Positions 28,622 through 42,119 of a stretch of 64,000 nucleotides of DNA are shown piece after piece. Made by a program: the position numbers and the translations under genes. The DNA comes from Eledone cirrhosa. Its lineage: Eukaryota. Positions within the stretch are counted from its first letter, which is position 1. Each line of letters opens with the position of its first letter. The stretch spans positions 306,776,001-306,840,000 of the forward strand of contig OZ024741.1 in assembly GCA_964016885.1 (NCBI GenBank), read 5' to 3'. A model generated the notes under the pieces. That model was not told the DNA's origin and searched no databases. It saw only the letters and a program-made list of their open reading frames with translations.

Positions 28622-28777
28622 CTTTTGTAGAGCATGACCATTTGGTACAATCTACATTTCCATTGTTCTTGCAGCTGCACCTATTACATTTATCTGCAGA
28701 TTTGAACTGCTCCCCAAAAATATACACCTGTCCATTGTAGCGACATACAGTGATAGTTTCTTCTGTACTCTTTTTTT
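28622..28777 (-). CDS. Module H exon (EKKSTEETITVCRYNGQVYIFGEQFKSADKCNRCSCKNNGNVDCTKWSCSTK)
   Basis: 156 nt, cttctttcag acceptor, AAG|gtaata donor, phase 1-1. Confidence 0.9.
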
Positions 28778-28963
28778 CTGAAAGAAGAGTTTCACACAAA
28801 TTCGATATGACTTTAAAACACTTTTACTGGTTTAAGTCATTAGACTATGACCATGCTGAGGCACTGACTTATTTTAGTCAAACCTGCCAACCCCAGTACT
28901 TATGTTTCAAGTGCGGTGCTTATTTTATCGATCACCTTTCTATTGAACCATTAAGTTACAAGA

Positions 28964-28978
28964 CACACACACACACAC

Positions 28979-29067
<89 letters not shown>

Positions 29068-29086
29068 TAGATAGATAGATAGATAG

Positions 29087-29155
<69 letters not shown>
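28964..29155. repeat. (CA)n/(GA)n/(GATA)n compound microsatellite
   Basis: Directly visible. Confidence 0.95.
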
Positions 29156-29156
<1 letters not shown>

Positions 29157-29603
29157 GCATTAATTTGTAGAACAATATTAAAATCAATAACAAGCTATTG
29201 GAAACCAAGCTATTTCTGTCTATTTTACACAGAAAACTTTAATTCAAATGCAAACAATATATTTTTATAAGACAGTAATGAAATTAATATATAATTTTCA
29301 ATGCATTAAACTTAATGAATAATTAAAGTAAAATTTGAAAATGCCAGAGTTCCAAATGCAGAAAATAACTGTAATAATAGTCAATCACATTATATAAAAG
29401 TTGAGAAAATTGGATAATTTGAGGGAGAAAAGAGAGAGAAAAAGTGTACTTTTGTCCACTTTTTTTCTGTCTCTGTGGTAATTTACCCAATTCTTTTCCC
29501 CTTTTATAGGGATTTACTGTTATTACAGTTACATTCTGCATTTGGGATTCCCACATAATTCAAATTTCAGCATATTATTTCAAACTTAACATTTATTATT
29601 TAC

Positions 29604-29777
29604 CTGATTTTATGGCAATTGTACATTTCTTTTTGACACATGATATGGTTTCTTTTGTCTTGCATTTGCACACATTACATTTATCCAGAGCTGTGAATGT
29701 CTGCCCGATCTGATATTTTCTTCCATTGTAGGTGCATTCTATGGAAATGTTGATGTTTATTGAAGTTTCAATTAATC
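29604..29777 (-). CDS. Module G exon (GLIETSININISIECTYNGRKYQIGQTFTALDKCNVCKCKTKETISCVKKKCTIAIKS)
   Basis: 174 nt, aatttag acceptor, CAG|gtaaat donor, phase 1-1; translated by hand. Confidence 0.85.
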
Positions 29778-29899
29778 CTAAATTGTGACAAGAGTTAAAA
29801 CATTGAAAGAAAATTTCTTACATCTATTCATCAAGACCATCATCATCACTGCTCAAGAGATGAGTATCTACAGGATATATAACTGATGTATCAAGTTAT

Positions 29900-31230
29900 G
29901 AAAGTGAGAGAGTTTTAGCACAACTAATTTGAAAGAGAGTCAAATGAGAAGAGACGCAGTTTGATTTTGTGCCTTCTTCATAGTGAGACAACTGAAAGAG
30001 AAGTTCCTGGCTAAGTGTTGGCTGCTATATATAGTTTTTATTGATCTGGGGAAGGCTTTTCACAGAATACCATGATCTACTATAAGCTTAGCAAAGACAA
30101 AAGTTTTATTAAAGAGGAAAGAGAACAAGACTCTGATACTGCAAGAAAATCTGATATAGACAACATAAAATTATAGGTATATAAGAGGTATAGTGGGATA
30201 GCAGGTAGGTTAACAGAAAAAAATAGTCTTTGTATATGGCAAGTGCACAGAGATAGTTGGTAATAAAAGTACCAGTAACAAACTTTTTCCAATAAATAGG
30301 GGTAGTTAATAGCTTTTGTTATCTGTTTTGGGGTCGAATAATCGTTCCCATCCACTTGTCAATTTTTCAAACCTCCCCACCCCCACTTATTAAATTTTGC
30401 TAATCTATCTCCAGCAAAATTTTATTTTAAGTGGTAGCAATCTTGTGACAATTTTCTTTAGACATTGAAAAACATTATACATGACAAAAAAAGAACATTA
30501 CAAGAAATCCCATATGTTATACAATAAATAGGATGGGTTGAGGTCTCAATATGTAAACTAAACAACTAATTCTGGTTTTTAAAAAAAGTCAAAGGAGACA
30601 ACCTAGAAAAATTACTGATTGTCCAGCCCCACCATTATTTGGGACCTGAGAGTAGGTGACGTAATTAGCAGAGGAGGAGGTTGTTCTGAAAAGATGGTAG
30701 CCAGAATAAGAACAGGGTGGAAAAAGTTCAGGGAGCTACTGCCCATTGACAACAAAGACATTTTCTCTCCAAATAGAAGGTAGGTTGTATGATGCCTAAG
30801 TGCAAAGCTGCATGGTAGTGAGACATAGACAGTGAATGCAGAGGATATGTGGAAAGAAATGAATTGAACATGCTCCAATGAATGTGTAATGTTGGTGTGC
30901 ATGAAAGTCAAAACATGGTGAAGCTGAGAGAAAAACTAGGTGTAAGAGGAATCAGATGTATGCAGGAGAGAAGATTACATTGGCATGGATATGTAATGTG
31001 TATGGATAAGAAATGTTGGGTGCTAAACAATTCTAGTAGAAGGAAAGTGAGGCAGAGGAAGATAGAGGAAAACCTGATCTGAAGTGGTGAGAGCTGATCT
31101 TAAATAACTGAATCTCAGAAAAGAGATGAGGAACAGTCTCAGCAGGTGGAGGGAAGCCTTGTCAGAAAAGTCACATCCAACATGTGCAAACATGGAAAGT
31201 TAGATAAAAAAATTATGAGGATGTAAAGAG
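29900..31230 (+). mobile_element. Decayed RTE LINE fragments
   Basis: LREKLGVRGIRC..ERRLHWHG remnant. Confidence 0.7.
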
Positions 31231-31778
31231 ATGTTAAGATTAAACAATTTAATATGCATGGACAACTTGGTAAGAGATCAGCAACAAATTGATATACATT
31301 CAGAGATAATGCTGAAATCAATGCAAGGGCTCTATTCATTAGATCAACATTTAAATAATCATTTTGTAAAGTTCCAATTCTTATATATTTATGGAAATGA
31401 TTTGAATATTATATGAATGTCATATAGGCTTCAGTTTATTCTGTAGTTTTTTCACACAATAGATTGAGTTGTAAAAAAAGAAAAGATAGAATATCAGTAC
31501 CATTTCAATATGAAGAAAATAGCTGCAAGTTTAAGAAGTCATCACCTCATAATAATCCAATCTATGTTATAATAGGGAATATATTGTAGAACAATATTAA
31601 ACTCAGTTGCAGGGTGTGTTACTAATGAAACCATGCTAGTTCTATTATACATTTTATGGGCAATTAAGAAGCACAGAAAAGTTTCATTTAGATGTATATA
31701 ACATTCTTTATAAAACAGAGATCAAGATTATCATAACTTTCAGTACACTTTTTCTCAAAACTAATGTTTATTATTTAC

Positions 31779-31934
31779 CTTTTTTGGGAGGAGAGCATAG
31801 CTTGTTGGCACACACTACAACTCCTTTTGGCTGGCAACTGCACTCATTACATTTATCTTCAGCTATGAACTTCTGTCCAGTTTTATATTTCATTCCATTG
31901 TAATGACATTTAATAAATATTTTGTTCTTAGATT
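31779..31934 (-). CDS. Module F exon (ESKNKIFIKCHYNGMKYKTGQKFIAEDKCNECSCQPKGVVVCANKLCSPPKK)
   Basis: 156 nt, ttttctttcag acceptor, AAG|gtaaat donor, phase 1-1. Confidence 0.9.
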
Positions 31935-32799
31935 CTGAAAGAAAAGCTAAAAGAAATTCGATAAGAATTTGAAGATAGAAAATACTTCCAAATAAAACAT
32001 TCACTTAGCACATCACTATCATTATAAGTAAAACAACGAAGGAATATCATATGGCTTATCCATACACATTACATATCCATGCCAATGTAATCTTCTCTCC
32101 TGCATACATCTGATTCTCTTACACCTAGTTTTTCTCTCAGCTTCACCATGTTTTGAATTTCATGCACACCAACATTACACATTCATTGGAGCATGTTTAA
32201 TTCATTTCTTTCCACATGAGAATATTGAGAAAAGACATACATGAAAAGTTATTTGTTTACCTTAGTCCTGTGTCCTTCAGAGTATCTAACACAATAGACA
32301 GAATATATAAACAGCTACCATAATTCAATGCCCAATGTGTGTGGGTCATAAGAAAGACAATAAAACTATAATATCCATATTGTGCATTGAAATGCTGGAG
32401 AGATAGGTAGGGGGTACAGGAAGAGTAAGAGGTAGGGGTAGCTAATTAGTGTAGGGGAGAGGGGTTGTAGTGGTCTAAATCAGAATACCTCATTATTTCC
32501 TTTAAAGTCATGTATAAAATGTAAATCAAATGAAAACAGTATGGTGTCATTCATACCAGAACATGGTACCAACTACAAATGTATTTTGCTATATATTTGT
32601 TTTTGTAATATTTTGTTGCCTAAATTAAACAGTTTTGGAAAATAAATGAGAATTGAAACTCATAGAAATGTTCCTTTGAATATTGATTATCATCATCCTC
32701 TCTTCCTCCTTCTCCTTCTTCTCCTCCTCCATCTTCTCGATCTTCTTCTCCATCTCCTTCTCCTCCTCCTCATTCTTCTCCTACTTCTTCTCTTTCAAC

Positions 32800-35700
32800 A
32801 ATCTTGTTTGGCATCTATCGAATAATGTTACTCAAAAGACCATTCAGAGCTACCCAATTTTGGTCGCTTGTATTTGAAATCATATTCTTTCAGTCATTAC
32901 TCAAGATTCATGAGCATAAGTAAGGGTTGGCATGAATTCTGAATTGAAGATAGCAGGTTTGGCTTTTACACCTACTGCCCGTCTTCTGATGAACGAATGC
33001 TGAAGTTTGTGCATTACTGCACCAGCTCCTGCATTTCTTGCATTTAATTCAACCTCCAACCTTAAATCACTTGTGAACATGTTTCTGAGATACTCAAACT
33101 TCTCCACCTGCTTCAGTGGAACTCCATTCACATGTAGAGTGCACTGAACAAGCTTCTTTGAGAAGATAAGTGCCTCAGCCTTCAGATTTATCAGCAGACA
33201 GTGGGGTGAATACACCCCCCCTCACTTCATTAAACAGATCTCCTTCATCAAGCAGAGCTTCTGCTACCTTTTATGCCAATTTTATGCCTTTTATGACAAT
33301 TTGTCAAGATTTCTTTACATTAGCAACACCAGTAGGAAAAAGTAGGGGGAGCTGCTGTATATGGTTTATATGTATGCTTGTGTATGAGTGTATCATCATC
33401 ATCATCATCATCATCATCATTTTACGTCCGCTCTTCCCTGCTCACAAGGGTGGGACGGGTCTTATTCAGCACAGCATCTCTCCACTCGTCACGGTCTTTC
33501 ATCATCTCCACCGTGAGCTTCAACGATCTGAGGTCTGTTCTCACCATCTCCGCCCATGTTTTTCGTGGTCTACCTCTACCACGTCTTCCTTCAACTGGCA
33601 TTTCCTGGCACTTCTTCACCCATCGGTCATCCTCCATGCGCATTACATGCTCTAACAAAGTATTCATAATCTTGTTCCTCATACATTCACATTACTTATA
33701 AACATATATACATCACATCAATCTATTTTTTCTGTATGTTACTTATTTTTTATTTCCTTATGTTATGTCATTGAAGATAGCGAGAATGCAGAAGCTGGTG
33801 TATTACTGCACGAGCTCCTACTATTCTTGCATGTAATTTATCCTCTAGCCTTCCATCAGACATGAAAATGGCCCCCGTGATGAATTTCTCCACCTGCTTT
33901 AATGGAACTCCACCCAAATGTAGAGTGCATTGTGCAAGCTTTCTTGAGAGGACGAGTGTTTCAGTTTCCACAACACTGATTTTCATTACTGCCATGCAAC
34001 ACTTGACAGCAAACCTATCATGTGCATGCCAGAGATCACCTTCTGACGAATTAAGTAGTACCATGTTATCCATAAATTCCACCCAATTAATCTTCTACCC
34101 AACAGTCTTGATACCACTTCTGGCCTGGCTGCACATATCAATCTTGTCCATAAAGATTATGAACAGGAAAGGGAACAGTTAGCACCCTTGGTGCAGTCCA
34201 GCAACTGCATTGAATGGTTTTGATTTACCTCCATTTGTCCAAACATAAATACTAGAGTATTCATATAGAGACATCAGGGCACCAAGAAGCTGTCCGTCAA
34301 TACCAAACTCCTACAGAACCTTCCATAACAGGTTCCGTGGAATGTGCTCATATACCTGCTGTAGTATGAATATTTGGTCGACTGTGTTGCAGCCAGAATG
34401 AAAACCACACTGTAAGCTAGCTTTGATTCGACAATATCCTTAAATCTCTTTGTCAGACACTTAACATAGACTTTAACAGGAGACTTAACAAGGGATCCCT
34501 CCATAATTGGAGTAATCTCTCTTGTCTTCTATTTTGAATATTGGGATTATGACACCTGATTGCCACAGCTTAGATGCCTTTCCAAAGATTCAGGCCATCC
34601 AGCACACATGAGTCAGCGAGAGAACACCTTCTCTACATAAGGGTTTTAACATCTTGGGCTGAATTGCATCCCCAACAGCCTTGCCACATTTGAGCTCTTT
34701 AATTGCTTTTGTGACCTCAACATCAGAGATTAGTCATCACTCCCGGATGCACCTTGTGTATATCAGAAGATGGCATTGTGACTGGGATTAGGAGATCAGC
34801 AAAGTATTCTTCCCACCTCATGAGAATGTGCCTCTCTGAAGAGTGGAGAACTCCAAATGCATTCCAGATAGTAGGAGTGGTGGAGGGCTTCTTATTACAA
34901 AGTCGGCAGATGGTCTGCTAGAACACTTTATTTGCTGATCTGAAGTCGGATTCCAGCTTAACTCCAAAATTTTTCAATGTCTTAAATTTGGATGCTTTTA
35001 CTGTCTCTGCTGTGACTGATTGTGCCTGCTTGTACTGCAAGTGTAAGAAGGAGGACTTATTTCGAAGCCAAGCTTTTTAAGTCTCCTTCTTTGTTTGGAT
35101 GACATCTTTGACCTTCTGCTTGAACCAAGGAGTCCTCTTGCCACCCGGTGCCATGTCAAGCCACTATCAACCACAGCCATTAACAGCAAAAGCAAAAACT
35201 GGTGAGCTGAACAGTCCCCGCCCCATTTCAACATCCTCAATTTACTCAGGCAGTTCCCTCAATTTGGATGCAATAATATCCAAAACCCGTTCCTGACTTC
35301 CTTATCTGCCAGCACTTCCCACTTTATCCTATAGGTCAAGCTGGACCTGCAAGTTTTGTAGGATGTTTGGCTTTAGGTAGCCTCAGATTGCAGATAACTA
35401 AATGGTGATTTGTTGACAGTTCAGGCTCTCTTTTAACACAAACATCCAGCACAACATCAAAGAGATCAGAGACAATAACAAAATCAATTAATGAACACTG
35501 TCTCCTTTATACCATGTGTATTTATGGATGTCTGTGCTGGAAGAGGGTGTTCAGAATAGAGATCCTTTTACTAGAACAGAACACTAATATGTTCTTTCCA
35601 TTCGTATTTAGATCAGATTTGCAGTTTCTTCCAATCACTCTTTTCCATGTCAGGTGGTCAGTGCAAACATGTGCATTGAAGTTTCTCATTAGGCTATATG

Positions 35701-36350
35701 TCACAGATCTGACAGCCAGGGGAATGTGAGTAACCCAACTCCTGCCTGTGCAATCTTTTCTGGCATAAAATCTGAATAGTGGAGTTTCCATCCTCCATTC
35801 AAATCGACAGTGCCAGAGTCATAGAACTTTGTTGAGAAAACCCTCAGTATATTTAGCCAGTAGCATCTGACATCCTCCACTAGTTCTTTATCTTTGTCTG
35901 TAAAAGATGTAATGTTCCAGTCAGCAATTGTCAAGGTTTGCTCCATTCTGGACTTTCTCTGGGTTCTTGTGATATGTAACCTTTGCGCTTCCATCCCACA
36001 ACTTCTGGACAGATCACAGGCCCATCATGAGTTTTTGCAGCATCAGGTGGAGACTGCAATTTCAAACATGCTCTTCTCCTAACATCTGAATACATTCTTT
36101 GTTATCCCACATGAAGGATGATGCAGTGTGATTGCCTTTGTTGTGTCTAGCCATATTGCAGTGTTTTGGTGGTTTCATTCGCATTAGTTACCAATTTGGT
36201 ACTTTTCTCAAACCTGCAAAGATTAGGCTTTTTCAGAGGCTGGTCTTATTTGGGATGCCAAGCAGGATCAATTGGGTTGCGTCTGACAAGACATCCTGGA
36301 AAGTGTGTTTGAGGACACTGCCACAACAATCTCCAGGAATAAGTGGGTGA
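32800..36350 (-). mobile_element. Decayed LINE of a second RTE-like family, with a nested RTE 3' fragment at 33393-33650
   Basis: WNITSF, FNAHV and ILNTLFQHR endonuclease remnants; LKQVEKFEYL and PTLTYAHES RT C-terminal remnants. Confidence 0.8.
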
Positions 36351-37130
36351 AGAAGAAGATGAGAAGACTATATTATGTTAATTTTACGTACAATAAATTA
36401 AAAAGGGATATTGTATCATACAGCTCTTCCTGCTATTTGATAAGCCATATTTTTGATTTTCTAAATTGTTTCTACACATTTATAATTTAATGCACCAGTT
36501 TACAACTCCAACTCAAATTTTACTTGCAAAAGATTGACATCAACACTAAGACAGAGGAATGTTTAAATTATGGGATGATTATGTTCAAAGGTGATAAAGT
36601 GTTGTAATGTTTCTTTATATGAGCAGAGCTTCTGTTTTGTTTTTGAATAAGACAAGATTGGAACATGCTTTCAAGGTCTCTTTTGATGTAGCCATTGCAG
36701 ATTTAGCATATGGTGTCCAGGTTTCATGAAGAGAATGTTTGGATGGAGAAGATTAGAGAAGAATGAGGAGTGGTATCATCTGTGAATGAGTATGAGTGAG
36801 CATTGCAGGAGAGGATGGCAAATAAGTAATTACTGTATAGGAGAAAGAAAATGTAGGGCAGAACAGAACATTGGGGCATGATGGACTTCATAGAGTGTGT
36901 GTCAGAAAGAGCTTCAATCATGCAAGCCATGTTACGTTAAAGGTGACTAAAGAACAAATGGTTGTAGTAAATGGGAGGAGGGATTATGTGTACTGCTCAA
37001 AGGGTTTATCATGATTATAAATAAAATTGATAATTGTGTCACATAACAGGCATAAGTCATCATTACTAAATGATATTTTTGTTATTATTTCAGTAAAATA
37101 ACGAGACACTTAAAAAATTAACACTCTAAA

Positions 37131-37640
37131 TAATTGTTTCTACTTTTGGCACAAGGCCAGCAATTATCCCAGTACATTACTGGTACTTTATTTTATCGAC
37201 CCCGTAAGGATGAAAGGCAAAGTGAACCTCGGCGGAATTTGAACTCAGATCGTAGAGCATGGTGTCCGAACCAACACCGATATTGACTGATTTCTACTTT
37301 AGGTACAAAGCCAGTAATTTCTTTTGTTGGGGAGGGAGAAGCTGATTAATTTGACCCCAATACTTGAGTGGAACTTTATTTTATCAACCCTCGAAGCATG
37401 AAAGGCAAAGTTGATTTCAGTAAGATTTGAACTCAGAACATAAGAGTTATAATCAAATAATTGTTTCTACTTTTGGCACAAGGCCAGCAGTTACCCAGTG
37501 GATTACTGGTACTTTATTTTATCGACCCCCATAAGGATGAAAGGCAAAGTTAACCTCAGTGGGATTTGAACTCAGAATGGCAAGGGTTGTAACTCTATGC
37601 ATCAAAGCATGGCCTCCGACCCTCTACCAATACTGCCAAT
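37131..37640 (-). mobile_element. Cluster of three tRNA-derived SINEs (duplicated at 41055-41390)
   Basis: Repeated core ggtactttattttatcgacccc..ggatgaaaggcaaag..gatttgaactcag. Confidence 0.8.
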
Positions 37641-37770
37641 CAACAAATAATATGAAACATTTTGTCCAGCACTCTAATGACTCTGCCAATACACAGTCTT
37701 AACACTGTAAATAGTAATGGAATACAACAACAGCAAGAACTTTCCTAATATTGCATAAACAACATATTAA

Positions 37771-37990
37771 CCCTTAAATGTTCAAACCGGCCAAAACCGG
37801 CCAGAATTCTCTACCGCTTTCTGTTGTAACTGGCTGTAACTGGTCGCTCAAACTGATATTAAGGTATTGTTCTCAAAATAAATACTTTCAAAATCTCATA
37901 GACTCGATATTATGTGAGATAATTATGTGAGGTAAAGCCTTTACCATGGAAATATAATCGTATATATAAAATAATGTAAATGCTAAAGGG
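37771..37990. mobile_element. piggyBac-like MITE
   Basis: TTAA|CCCTT...AAAGGG|TCGA; absent from the duplicate at ~41551, which has a single TTAA. Confidence 0.75.
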
Positions 37991-38381
37991 TCGATGACTG
38001 ATCTGGCTACCACAAGTAAGCATTTAAAAAAGTACAATGATTTGAGATGACCTATGTCATTAAACATATAATACAGATTCTATACTTAATAGAATCCATG
38101 TCACAATGAATTTAGGTACCTCAACTGTTTAACATATTTTATACACTGAATTTGTTCATTGAAGTTGTGTGTTCTGATCTTATTTTCATTTTCCTAAGTC
38201 AAATTTTATAATACATGTGTTTCATTAACAAAACATTGCTGCCAGTTCCAGTATTATTTACAACATTCAAATATTGGCCTTGTTAATGATATAAAGCAGA
38301 ATAATATAAAAAAAAATATAAAATCATAGCCATAGGTCTGTTAAAATGTTATCACTTCATAAAAATCCTCTCTATATTACT

Positions 38382-38384
<3 letters not shown>

Positions 38385-38413
<29 letters not shown>

Positions 38414-39335
38414 GTTTAACGTCCATCTTCCACGCTTGCATGGGTTTGGACGGGAGTTTTCCCGTTTGAGGCAAGATTGGTTTCCCTGCTCGTATAGGAC
38501 TGTCTGGTGGGTTTTCTACGGATGGATGCCCTTCCTAACACCAACCACGTTTACAGTGTGGACTGGGAGGTTTTTACCGTATTACCTATACGGCCACATT
38601 ACAGCGTGGACTGTGTGTTTTTTTTTGTCATGACACCTACACAGCCTCATTTGTTTCGGACTGGATGTTGTGGTACCAACATAACTTCACATTTAAGAGG
38701 GGTAGTGTGGATGGAGTGCGGGTAGTGGGATGGGGGTGTATTTTGTTAGAGGTGCCTACTGACTGTAGGTTTCGCTTTGTACTTAGGCAAGGCGGGTCTT
38801 CTGTATGACTGTGTAGCGCCAAAAATCTCGGTCCAGTAACATTATCTTGGAGAGGTGTAAGTGTGTGAGGTCGGAATTTATCAAGTCGTCCCAGGTTTTT
38901 CTAGGTCTGCCTACTCCGTGGCAACCGTCTATTTTTATCGCCCTGCACTTTTTTATACAGCTGTCATCTTTCATGCGCATCACGTGACCGTACCAACATA
39001 GTCTTCTCTCGAGTAAATAACATCTGATCTCTCTTATTCCTAATTTCTCCCTTAGTTCGTTTATGCTTTGCCATTCACGTATATTACTATTACACATCCA
39101 GCGGAGCATGCAAGCTTCGTTTCTCTCCAGTCTGCGTATATCCTCTGCACACAATGCCCAGGTCTCACTGCCATGTAACATTGCTGTTCGTATGCAGGCA
39201 TCATACAGCCTGCCTTTCATTTTTAGAGAGAACCCTTTAGCGGACAACAGTGGTATAAGCTCTCTGAACTTTTTCCATCCCGTTCTGACTCTAGCTACTG
39301 TACTTTCAGAGCACCCTCCCCCACTGCTGATTTTG
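38385..39335 (-). mobile_element. RTE LINE, 5'-truncated
   Basis: ORF 38783-39335 is the RT C-terminus; (GAT)n tail. Confidence 0.92.
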
Positions 39336-39506
39336 TAAATATTTTTTAAAATAAATGTATTACAGAACAATGTTAGAATCATGATCAGGGTGTTGCACTG
39401 AGGAAACCACACACTATTTCAATCTTTTTACAGTTTAGAATCTCTGAAAATTTTCCTTCAAAAATAAACAATGTTTTCTTATTTTTTAAAGTAAACGTTT
39501 ATCTAC

Positions 39507-39671
39507 CTGCTTTCTGGCCACCACATTTCTTTTCTGAACAAGTTACAGAACCTTTTCCTTGGCAACTGCACGAATTACATTTATCTAAAGCTTTGAATGT
39601 CTCTCCAATTTTGTGTACTTTTCCTTCGAATATGCATTTTACCATAACAGTTGAAAAGTGTGTGACTGATG
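39507..39671 (-). CDS. Module E exon, recent duplicate of D (ASVTHFSTVMVKCIFEGKVHKIGETFKALDKCNSCSCQGKGSVTCSEKKCGGQKA)
   Basis: 165 nt, same splice sites and flanking introns as module D. Confidence 0.9.
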
Positions 39672-42119
39672 CTGAAATATAATTTAAACACAAATCCATG
39701 AAAGACTTTTAATACCCTTCCTTTTACCAAAAGAAAATATTTTGTTCAATTCATCACACAATTTTATATATAGAGAATATCATATGTAATTTCTCTCTTA
39801 AGTTGAGACGAAAAATAAACAGGAAAATCAGTTATTTCTATCTGCTCTATGTCCCTAAAGTGAATCTAACAAAAGTCACGTAAAGAGAGTTTACACAGAA
39901 ATACATTCATATGTAATACTGAAATAAAAACCAAGTAGTGAGAGTTAATCTCAAATAACTGAATCTCAGAGAAGAGATGAGGGATAGTTACAGCTGATAG
40001 AAGGAGGCTGTTTTAGAAAAGACACATCCAACCCATGCAAGCACGGAAAGATAGGTGTAAAAAAAAAACGTTAAGATGAAAATATTTAATATGAATGGAT
40101 AACTGGTTAAAATATCTACAACAAATATCTTAGTTAACATTGAAATACATTCAGAGGCAATGCTGAAATCAATACACAAGATCAATATTTAAATAATCAT
40201 TTTGTAGAGTTCCAATCATCATATATTTATTGAATTCGTTTTGAATATTAAATGACTACCATATAAGATTCAGTTCACTTTGAAATTATTTCACAAAACA
40301 AACAAAAACAAAAAAGCTTGTTAAACAAAAACAGATCAGTGGACACAATACTGGACTACTTTTTGATTGGTGGTAAAATCATATTAGCTGAAGCATTGTT
40401 GTCTAACAAGGAAGAAAACATAATGCACCAGTTTACAACTCCAACTCAAATTTTACTTGCAAAAGATTGACATCAACAGTAAGACAGAGGAATGTTTAAA
40501 TTATGTGATGAAGTGTTGTAATGATTTCTTTATATGAGCAGAGCTTCTGTTTTGTTTTTGAATAAGACAAGATTGGAACATGCTCTCAAGGTCTCTTTTG
40601 ATGTAGCCAGTGCAGATTTAGCATATGGTGTCCAGGTTTCATGAAGAGAATGTTTGGATGGAGAAGATTAGAGAAGAATGAGGAGTGGTATCATCTGTGA
40701 ATGAGTATGAGTGAGCATTGCAGGAGAGGATGGCAAATAAGTAATTACTGTATAGGAGAAAGAAAATGTAGGGCAGAACAGAACATTGGGGCATGATGGA
40801 CTTCATAGAGTGTGTGTCAGAAAGAGCTTCAATCATGCAAGCCATGTTACGTTAAAGGTGACTAAAGAACAAATGGTTGTAGTAAATGGGAGGAGGGATT
40901 ATGTGTACTGCTCAAAGGGTTTATCATGATTATAAATAAAATTGATAATTGTGTCACAAAGCAGGGATAACAGGCATAAGTCATCATTACTGAATGATAT
41001 TTTTGTTATTATTTCAGTAAAATAACGAGACACTTAAAAAATTAACACTCTAAATAATTGTTTCTACTTTTGGTACAAAGACAGTAATTTCTTTTGTTGG
41101 GAGGGAGAAGCTGATTAATTCGACCTGACTTCTAGAGTGGAACTTTATTTTATCAAGCCTGGAAGTATGAAAGGCAAAGTCGACTTCAGTAAGATTTGAA
41201 CTCAGAACATAAGAGTTATAATCAAATAATTGTTTCTACTTTTGGTACAAGGCCAGCAATTACCCAGTGGATTACTGGTACTTTATTTTATCGACCCCGT
41301 AAGGATGAAAGGCAAAGTTAATCTCGGCCGGATTTGAACTTAGACCATAAAGGGACGTAACTATGCTGAAAAGCATGGCGTCCAACCTGGACAAAATGTG
41401 TCATATTATTTGAGCTATAATCAAATAATATGAAACATTTTGTCCAGCACTCCAATGACTCTGCCAATACTGCCAATACGTCTTAACACTGTAAATAGTA
41501 ATGGAATGCAACAAAAGCAAGTACTTTCTTAATATTGCATAAATGACATATTAATGACTGATCTGGCTACCACAAGTAAGCATTTAAAAAATTACAATGA
41601 TTTGAGACGACCTATGTCATTAAACATACCAGCAGAAGAACCGCCCTTCGAGCAGTTTCTGCTAGCATATATAGTGTGCATATTGATATATGCAAATATA
41701 TATGCACATAGATATGATACTTAAATTGACAATATGCACATAAACTAAACAAAGACTGTGTTACACTTACTTCTGTAATAAGTAAAGTAATCCATGATAC
41801 ATTTAAAAAAAGTCGATAATGGAGATGGAAATGCGATGAAACTGTTGACGGAAAATGTTCATGAATCTTCACTTGAGAATGTCGATGGGAAGCTTCAAGC
41901 AGTGAATTTGAAAATAGATGCTGCTGGTATGAATGAATGAATTACATTTACCAATATGAAGAGTTGACCTTCGCTATATTGTTGTTTTACTGTATTCACA
42001 TATAGACTTCTTAAATTTTTGTAGTGTTCCTTTTCTAGCAGTTAAAAAGTAACTGAAATGCATTTCAACTAAAAGAGAGTGATAGCTGTTTCACATCACT
42101 GTAGAATTTCTTTGTAGAC

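Larger units (their letters stand above)
36488..40420. repeat. Tandem segmental duplication, copy 1 (carries module E)
   Basis: 36488-38068 matches 40421-41628; 38069-38130 matches 51420-51490; 39350-40090 matches 51500-52295. Confidence 0.9.
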